Origin: Leptonemataceae bacterium | GTDB lineage: Bacteria > Spirochaetota > Leptospiria > Leptospirales > Leptonemataceae | NCBI GenBank assembly: GCA_965227295.1 | Contig: OZ245742.1 | Coordinates: 4,224,001 to 4,288,000, forward strand | Length of the DNA stretch: 64,000 bases | Direction of reading: 5' to 3' | Part shown: positions 57,668 to 64,000 of the stretch, piece after piece | Layout: each line of letters begins with the position of its first letter | Numbering within the stretch: the stretch's first letter is position 1 | The notes under the pieces: generated by a model | Database searches by the model: none | Told to the model about the DNA's origin: nothing | The model's input: the letters and a program-made list of their open reading frames with translations, nothing else | Made by a program: the position numbers and the translations under genes

Positions 57668-59203
57668 TTATCCTCCCCCCTCCGGAGAAGATCCACCCAC
57701 AGGGGGTGGGTGAGATGTGTCTTTTTGTGCGACCCCGATGCCCGCGTAGCCCAGGATCAGCGCGATCAGCGGATTGATCCAGTTCAAGAACGCAAACGGC
57801 AAATACGTCAACGTCGCCACGCCGAGAGTCGATGCCATGAACGCGCCGCACGTATTCCACGGAACCAGGGCCGAGGTCAGCGTGCCCGAGTCTTCGATGG
57901 CGCGCGACAGGTTCTTCGGATGCAAACCCTCGCGATCGTAGGCGTCTGCATACATTCGCCCCGTGAGCACCACTGACAAATATTGTTCCGACGCAGTCGT
58001 ATTCAAAAAGAGTGCGGTCCCCAGGGTCGCCGCGATCAAGTTGCCCGTGCCCTTCGCCACGCTTAAGATTCCCGCGGCCAACCTTTGTAGAAAACCCGCG
58101 CCCTCCATCACACCGGAAAAGAACATCGCCGACAAAATCAACCACACGGTCGTGAGCATCGACGACATGCCCCCGCGTTCCAGCAGGCTCGCCACGGCGG
58201 CGATTTGATCGGCATCGTCCGCGTCGCCGGTAAGGTTCGGCACAAAACCGGTCGCCGCCGCCTGGATCGTCGCCCGTGCCGCGGCTCCGATGTACGAAGC
58301 ACCGCCGCCCGCAAATTCCAGTACGACGTCCGCCTGAAAGATAAACGCCCACAGCGCACCCATCACACTGCCGAAGAAGAGCGCCGGAATTGCCGGCGTG
58401 CGTCGCGCCACGAGCACGAACAGAATCAACGGCGGCAAAAACATGTGCAGCCCGGTGTCGAACTGCGCATCGATCGTACGAATGACGAAGTCGATGCGCG
58501 CCGGATCATAACCGTCCGTGGACGACGTCACGCCGATGATCGCAAAGAGGATCGTCGCGATGATCATGCTCGGCCCGGTTGTATAAAGCATATGCCGGAT
58601 GTGTACAAAGAGATCGACGCCGGCCATGGACGCGGCCAGGTTCGTCGTCTCTGAAAACGGCGACATCTTATCGCCAAAGTACGCGCCGGAAACGACGGCA
58701 CCGGCTGTAAGGCCGGGATGAATCTGCATGGTGTCGCCGATGCCGATCATCGCCAGGCCCAACGTGCCCGCGGTGGACCAGGAACTGCCCGTGGCCAGCG
58801 ACACCAGCGCGGCGATGATGGTCGCCGCGGCGAGAAAGATTTCGGGCGAAAGAATGCGCAGGCCCCATACGATCAAAGCCGGAACGATACCGCCGAGAAT
58901 CCAGGTGCCGATCAACGCGCCGACGAGCAGTAAAATGAAAATCGCCTGCGCCACGTAACCGACACTCGCGAGGACCTGGCGTTCGAGGTAGACCCAGGGC
59001 ACGCGCTTCACCCACGCGAAGGCCGCCGTAACAAAGCCGGCGATGATCAGGGCCACCTGGGAAGGACCCGACGTCGCATCGTCGCCGAAGATCCACACGA
59101 TCGAAAAGAGCAGTGCGATGAGAATGACAACCGGTGCGAGAGCGTACCAAAAACTTACGGTGGGATAATCCGGCGCTGCATCGGACGACGGGGTCGTGCT
59201 CAT
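57668..59203 (-). CDS. nhaC: NhaC-family antiporter
   Basis: TGSSWSTAGTLG, SGAYFGDKMSPFSETTNLA, LVPWN. Confidence 0.9.
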   Translation of the reverse strand: MSTTPSSDAAPDYPTVSFWYALAPVVILIALLFSIVWIFGDDATSGPSQVALIIAGFVTAAFAWVKRVPWVYLERQVLASVGYVAQAIFILLLVGALIGTWILGGIVPALIVWGLRILSPEIFLAAATIIAALVSLATGSSWSTAGTLGLAMIGIGDTMQIHPGLTAGAVVSGAYFGDKMSPFSETTNLAASMAGVDLFVHIRHMLYTTGPSMIIATILFAIIGVTSSTDGYDPARIDFVIRTIDAQFDTGLHMFLPPLILFVLVARRTPAIPALFFGSVMGALWAFIFQADVVLEFAGGGASYIGAAARATIQAAATGFVPNLTGDADDADQIAAVASLLERGGMSSMLTTVWLILSAMFFSGVMEGAGFLQRLAAGILSVAKGTGNLIAATLGTALFLNTTASEQYLSVVLTGRMYADAYDREGLHPKNLSRAIEDSGTLTSALVPWNTCGAFMASTLGVATLTYLPFAFLNWINPLIALILGYAGIGVAQKDTSHPPPVGGSSPEGGG

Positions 59204-59283
59204 GCAATACAGGACGAAGCTACCCCGGCATGGTCAAGAAAAATGTGTGGTGCCGTGGTCTTCGCGCGATTTATACTGCCTGT

Positions 59284-60534
59284 ATGCCGGACACGCAACT
59301 CCATCTCACCGACGCTCTGACCTGGCTCGACTCGCGGAGTGATGTTATGATCAAAGAAACGATCACCTGGGCCAACATCAACACGCACTTTTACAACACC
59401 GGCGGCCTGGACGAACTGCGTGCGATCCTGAAAGAACGCCTGCAACGTACATTTCCCCGTGCCGCTTCATTAGAAGAACCCGTCCTCGACCCGCATCACA
59501 TCGTGGACGCCGGCGGCAATATCGTAGAACTTCCCCTGGCAAACTGCCTCACCGCGGCCGTGCGCCCCGACGCGCCGCTGCAGATTTTCTTTTGCATTCA
59601 CATGGACACGGTCTTCCCGAAGGACAGCCCGTTCCAGAACGTTCAATGGATCGACGAGCGCACACTAAACGGTCCCGGAGTAAGTGATGCGAAGGGCGGT
59701 ATCTGCATTATGCTGCACGCTCTTGAGGCTTACGAACGCTCCGTGAGTGAACGCGGAGACGCCGCCCGCATCGGCTGGCGCCTCTTCTTAAACAGCGACG
59801 AGGAACTCGGTTCGCCCTCCTCGGCACCGGTGTTGCAGCGTTACGCACAGGGCGCGGACTTCGGATTACTCTTCGAACCGTGCCTGCCCGACGGCCACTA
59901 CGTCGGCGCGCGCAAAGGTTCGGGCACGTTTACGTTCGTCATTCGCGGGCGGGCGGCGCACGTCGGCCGGGAGTTCGACCGCGGCCGATCGGCGCTGCAT
60001 CTGGCGGCGGATCTCATCCGTGACTTTACGGCACTCAACGATGATCCCGACATCATTGCGAACGTCGGTAAGATTGACGGCGGCGGCCCGGTCAACGTCG
60101 TCGCCGATCTGGCCGTCCTCCGCACGAACGTCCGTGTGGAAAACGAAGAAACTTTAGCGATTGCTGAACAGAAGTTACGGAAAATCGCCGAGAAGTTCAA
60201 CGCCGCCGACGGTTTCACCGTGGAACTGCACGGCAGCTTTCTGTCTCCGCCGAAACCGCTGAGCGGTCGCATTCCCCGGCTCCTGGATTACCTGCGCGCC
60301 TGCGCCGCCGAGGAAGGCCTGGAACTTCAGGCAAAACCCAGCGGCGGCGTCTGCGACGGGAACCGCCTGTACGCCGTGGACATCCCGGCGGTGGACACCC
60401 TGGGGGCCCACGGCGGCCACATCCACAGCGATCAGGAGTACCTGCACGTCGATTCGTTAACTCAACGCGCGCGTATCTTAGCGCGGCTGTTGTTTAAGTT
60501 GGAGAACGGTGAGATCGAATGGCCGGCACAATGA
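59284..60534 (+). CDS. M20-family metallohydrolase (deacylase/desuccinylase-like)
   Basis: HMDTVF, GPGVSDAKGG, SDEELGS, GGVCDGN, IHSDQE. Confidence 0.9.
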   Translation: MPDTQLHLTDALTWLDSRSDVMIKETITWANINTHFYNTGGLDELRAILKERLQRTFPRAASLEEPVLDPHHIVDAGGNIVELPLANCLTAAVRPDAPLQIFFCIHMDTVFPKDSPFQNVQWIDERTLNGPGVSDAKGGICIMLHALEAYERSVSERGDAARIGWRLFLNSDEELGSPSSAPVLQRYAQGADFGLLFEPCLPDGHYVGARKGSGTFTFVIRGRAAHVGREFDRGRSALHLAADLIRDFTALNDDPDIIANVGKIDGGGPVNVVADLAVLRTNVRVENEETLAIAEQKLRKIAEKFNAADGFTVELHGSFLSPPKPLSGRIPRLLDYLRACAAEEGLELQAKPSGGVCDGNRLYAVDIPAVDTLGAHGGHIHSDQEYLHVDSLTQRARILARLLFKLENGEIEWPAQ

Positions 60535-62009
60535 AGCACGAGCAACTTTTCCTCGACGGCGCCTGGGTTTCCGGCCGCGGCGCCGCCCTTGCTTCGGTCG
60601 ACAAATACACCGGAAAAACCCTGGCGAACGTCGCCGCGGCGAACGAGCAGGATGTCGACGCCGCCGTCACCGCGGCACGCCGGGCCTTCCCGGCCCGGGC
60701 GGCAACATCCTTCGAAGAACGCCGCGCCGTCGCGGAGCGCTACGCCGAATTCGTTAACAAGCACTCCGAAGAACTTACGCACCTGCTGGCTCGCGAAACC
60801 GGCAAACCGATCTGGGAGTGTCGGACGGAGGCCGCGGCCGTCGCCGGGAAAATCGCGTTGTCCGTCCGCGCCCACCTGGATCGCTGCGGGGACAGTGAAA
60901 CAGAGGCGGCCGGCGGCCGGGCCGTACTGCGCTTTCGACCTCACGGGGTCGTCGCCGTCTTCGGCCCGTTCAACATGCCGGCGCATTTGCCCAACGGGCA
61001 CATCGTGCCGGCGATCCTGGCCGGCAATACGATCGTTTTCAAACCGTCCGAATTCACCCCGCTGAGCGGCGCCTGGCTCGTCCACGCCTGGGAGCAGGCC
61101 GGGCTAACTTCCGGTGTGTTGAATCTTGTACAGGGCGCCCGGGAGACAGGAATCGCCCTGGCCGGCCACGCACAGATCGACGGGCTCTACTTCACCGGCA
61201 GTTCGTCCACGGGCGCGGCCCTGCACCGGGCGGCCGGCGGGCAGACGGCGAAGATCCTCGCCCTGGAAATGGGCGGCAATAATCCGCTGATCGTGTGGCC
61301 GCCGCTCGAAGCACGTCCGGCGGCCTATCTCACGGTGCTTTCGGCTTTTATCAGTGCGGGGCAACGTTGCACCTGCGCACGACGACTCATCGTGCCTGCC
61401 GCGCCGGAAGGCGATGCGTTCCTCGAAGAACTCGTGCGCATGACCCGCGGCCTTTCCGTGGGACGCTACGACGCGGAACCGCAGCCGTTTTTGGGCCCGG
61501 TCATTTCGCAGGCGGCCGCGGAACACTCCCTGGCCGCCCGGACCGAACTCTTAGCTGTCGGCGGACGCACATTAGTCGAGCTCCGGCAACCGGAAAAGAA
61601 CGTACCGAACCTGCTCGCGCCGGGCATCATGGACGTTACCGACGTTCCGGCGGACTCGCGCAAGGACGAGGAGATCTTCGCCCCGTTTCTCCAGGTAGTT
61701 CGCGTGTCTGATTTTGAGGCGGCCCTTGCCGAAGCCAATCGCACGCGCTACGGCCTCGCGGCCGGCCTCTTCACGGAAGATCCCTCGCTCTACGAGCGAT
61801 TCTTACGCGAGATTCGTGCCGGTGTCGTCAACTGGAACCGCCAGACCACCGGGGCCAGCGGCGCCCTGCCCTTCGGCGGAGTCGGCGCCTCGGGCAATCA
61901 TCGCCCGGCGGGCTACTTCGCGGCGGACTACTGCTCGTACCCGGTGGCGTCACTGGAGAACGAGGCAGTCGGCGCGCCGGATACGGTGCTACCCGGCATC
62001 GCGTATTAA
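60531..62009 (+). CDS. astD: Succinylglutamate-semialdehyde dehydrogenase
   Basis: VFGPFNMPAHLPNGHIVPA, LEMGGNNP, SAGQRCTCARR, GNHRP..AADYCSYP. Confidence 0.9.
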   Translation: MKHEQLFLDGAWVSGRGAALASVDKYTGKTLANVAAANEQDVDAAVTAARRAFPARAATSFEERRAVAERYAEFVNKHSEELTHLLARETGKPIWECRTEAAAVAGKIALSVRAHLDRCGDSETEAAGGRAVLRFRPHGVVAVFGPFNMPAHLPNGHIVPAILAGNTIVFKPSEFTPLSGAWLVHAWEQAGLTSGVLNLVQGARETGIALAGHAQIDGLYFTGSSSTGAALHRAAGGQTAKILALEMGGNNPLIVWPPLEARPAAYLTVLSAFISAGQRCTCARRLIVPAAPEGDAFLEELVRMTRGLSVGRYDAEPQPFLGPVISQAAAEHSLAARTELLAVGGRTLVELRQPEKNVPNLLAPGIMDVTDVPADSRKDEEIFAPFLQVVRVSDFEAALAEANRTRYGLAAGLFTEDPSLYERFLREIRAGVVNWNRQTTGASGALPFGGVGASGNHRPAGYFAADYCSYPVASLENEAVGAPDTVLPGIAY

Positions 62010-62193
62010 GTGCGTTTTAGTGTATGTTTACGTGGCGCGCACCCTGCCGTCTCCCCCCGCCCAACACATCCGGATGACGCAGGTACCATTCTCCGATGAT
62101 TATGTCCCGCGCCGCGAAAGATTTTTTTCTTCCGAACGCCCTGCAATGATTTGCCAATATCGCCGAAGGCCGATGCACTGATCGTCGAGCGAC

Positions 62194-64000
62194 ATGAGCA
62201 GCGCCAGGTTCTACACCCACGAATGCCGGGACTGCGGTCTCACCTTCCGGCTCATCATCTTCGTCCACAAACGCGGACACCTGCGCACGCGCTGCCCCGA
62301 CTGCAAAACCAAAGTCCTCTTCGACAACACCGACGGCGGCCTGGAAACACTCAAGCGTACCAGGCTGCTTTCGCGTCCCATTCGCCAGTACTATCTCAAG
62401 CCGGGCATCGATTACATTCCGGAGCCGGAGCCTTCCCCGCCGGAGCCGGAGCCCGTCGCGCTCGATGCTCCCGCGATAATGACGGAAGCGCTGCCTCCGA
62501 AGCCAACGGAAATCTCCGCGCCGGCGGAAGTTTCCACGCCGATGGAACCGGCGAACGCGCGGCCAAAACCGAGACAACGCCTGCTTCAACGGTTCTATCT
62601 GCGCCGGATGCGTGCCCTGCGTCGACAACGAGAAATCCTGGCCGTGTTCTTCGCGGGCGTAAGCGCGCGATGGGGTGTCCGCAAAGAACGCGCGCAACGT
62701 TTCTTTCGGCGAGTGCGCGAAAGCACGACATCGTTCTTCCATACATTGCGCTACAACATCACGGAAGGCTGGTCCGCGCGCATGGCGATGTTCACCCGGC
62801 GACGCGAACGTTTCCCGTACACTCCGCGTGAAAGCCGGGAGTCGATCGGGGAACGCCTGCGCGCTCTTGCGGAACGCACCTTCGGACCGCTGCAACGCCG
62901 CGGGAGTTCCTTCGTACGCAGTTGCAGAGACGCACTGACGATCGTTGCGGATCGCGTGCGTTTTTTCTTCGGCGGCATCGGTCGGCGCATTGTGCAGTTC
63001 GGCGAACGTCTCCGGCGTCGCAGCCGCCGCGCCTCGCAACCGACGTCGGCGCTCGTGGCCGTACCGGCTCTCACCGCGGCGAGTGCCGCCACGTTTTCAA
63101 AACCGGGCGGACGACTCGCATCGATCTTGCAGCGCATCGGCGCCGCGCTGCGTCCGATCTTTCTACCGGACATTCCCACGCACTATCTCATCACCGCGTA
63201 TCTATGCGCGCCGCTCCTGCTGCTCATGCTGTACGGAACGGCCTCATACTTCTTTCCCCCGCTGGCGTTGCCGGAAAGCACGACGGCGTTGGAAGGACGA
63301 CTGGCCCCGGTGCAACCCAATCGCATCCTCGATCGGAGCGGTGAACTACTGGCGGAACTTTTTTTTCGTAAGACCTCCGACGTGCGGCCCGGCGAACTGC
63401 CGGACACGCTGCGCCGTAAGATCGTCTTCATCGAGGACGAGTCGTTTTACGATCACGGCGGCTTTCGTCCGCTGGCGATCGGCCGGGCCTTCGGCCGCAA
63501 CATCGTCGCAGGGCGTTACGTCGAAGGCGGCTCGACGATCACCCAGCAGGTGGCGCGCATCGCTCTGCGCAACCACGAACGTTCGCTGCTGCGCAAATTC
63601 CAGGAGGCCGTGCTCGCCGCACACCTGGAACGCCGTCTTTCCAAAGCTGAGATCCTTAACTCTTACGTGAATCATGTTTACCTGGGGCACGGCGCCTACG
63701 GTTTCGAGGTGGCGGCGGAGTTCTACTTTCACCGCCCCCTGAACGATCTGAACTTCACCGAAGAGCTCATGCTGGTCACCCTGCTCCCCGGTCCCGAGGA
63801 GTATTCGCCGCTACGCAACCCGGCCCTCCTGGAACAACGCATGGACCTCCTCTACAATCGCATGGTGCGTGAGGACTTCCTGCATCCGCCGGCTCAACTC
63901 TACCGCGAACAGAAAAACACGTTGTTTGCCGGCTTCGATCAACCGCCGTCGTTGAACGTATTCGCCGATCGCGTAAACCGCGCGCCCTACGTCGCGGAGT
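62194..64000 (+). CDS. Class A penicillin-binding protein (GT51 transglycosylase) with long N-terminal extension; runs off the window
   Basis: Frame translated by hand; FIEDESFYDHGG, GGSTITQQVAR, RKFQE, YVNHVYLG motifs; absent from the ORF track because there is no stop in the window. Confidence 0.9.
   Translation, partial: MSSARFYTHECRDCGLTFRLIIFVHKRGHLRTRCPDCKTKVLFDNTDGGLETLKRTRLLSRPIRQYYLKPGIDYIPEPEPSPPEPEPVALDAPAIMTEALPPKPTEISAPAEVSTPMEPANARPKPRQRLLQRFYLRRMRALRRQREILAVFFAGVSARWGVRKERAQRFFRRVRESTTSFFHTLRYNITEGWSARMAMFTRRRERFPYTPRESRESIGERLRALAERTFGPLQRRGSSFVRSCRDALTIVADRVRFFFGGIGRRIVQFGERLRRRSRRASQPTSALVAVPALTAASAATFSKPGGRLASILQRIGAALRPIFLPDIPTHYLITAYLCAPLLLLMLYGTASYFFPPLALPESTTALEGRLAPVQPNRILDRSGELLAELFFRKTSDVRPGELPDTLRRKIVFIEDESFYDHGGFRPLAIGRAFGRNIVAGRYVEGGSTITQQVARIALRNHERSLLRKFQEAVLAAHLERRLSKAEILNSYVNHVYLGHGAYGFEVAAEFYFHRPLNDLNFTEELMLVTLLPGPEEYSPLRNPALLEQRMDLLYNRMVREDFLHPPAQLYREQKNTLFAGFDQPPSLNVFADRVNRAPYVAE

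Noticed and set aside
62017..63732. Several listed ORFs on both strands
   Set aside because: Shadows of the unlisted PBP frame that starts at 62194.

Overview
GC-rich (roughly 60%) bacterial chromosomal segment, most likely from a Leptospiraceae spirochaete. This is judged from the Leptospira-like RpoD, the rpsU-yqeY-dnaG-rpoD order, spirochaetal lipoboxes, the 7TM-AraC protein and the Rhs core. Most of the window is core genome: folD, leuCD, rpoD/dnaG/rpsU, dnaE, an LptF/G permease, a GT9 heptosyltransferase, gatB, astD and a class A PBP running off the right edge. Accessory parts are (i) the right end of a tyrosine-integrase element at 1-2.2 kb, (ii) an internally deleted IS1182-family element nested in palindromic repeats at 39.5-40.7 kb, and (iii) a decayed island after tRNA-Asp (51.6-56.1 kb). 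The island carries an orphan Rhs toxin tip plus two membrane-anchored pentapeptide-repeat genes, bracketed by a 185-bp direct repeat of an araC 3' end. The most interesting signals are: this Rhs/pentapeptide toxin-immunity cassette; an orphan ParA coupled to a bitopic membrane partner; a recurrent intergenic 9-mer GACATAATC upstream of dnaG, dnaE, a PBP and a small gene whose promoter holds 8 GTAC sites in 94 bp; a propeptide-less kexin-type protease with a downstream candidate external chaperone; and a PBP with an N-terminal zinc ribbon that the ORF track missed. All calls are by eye and no database searches were run.
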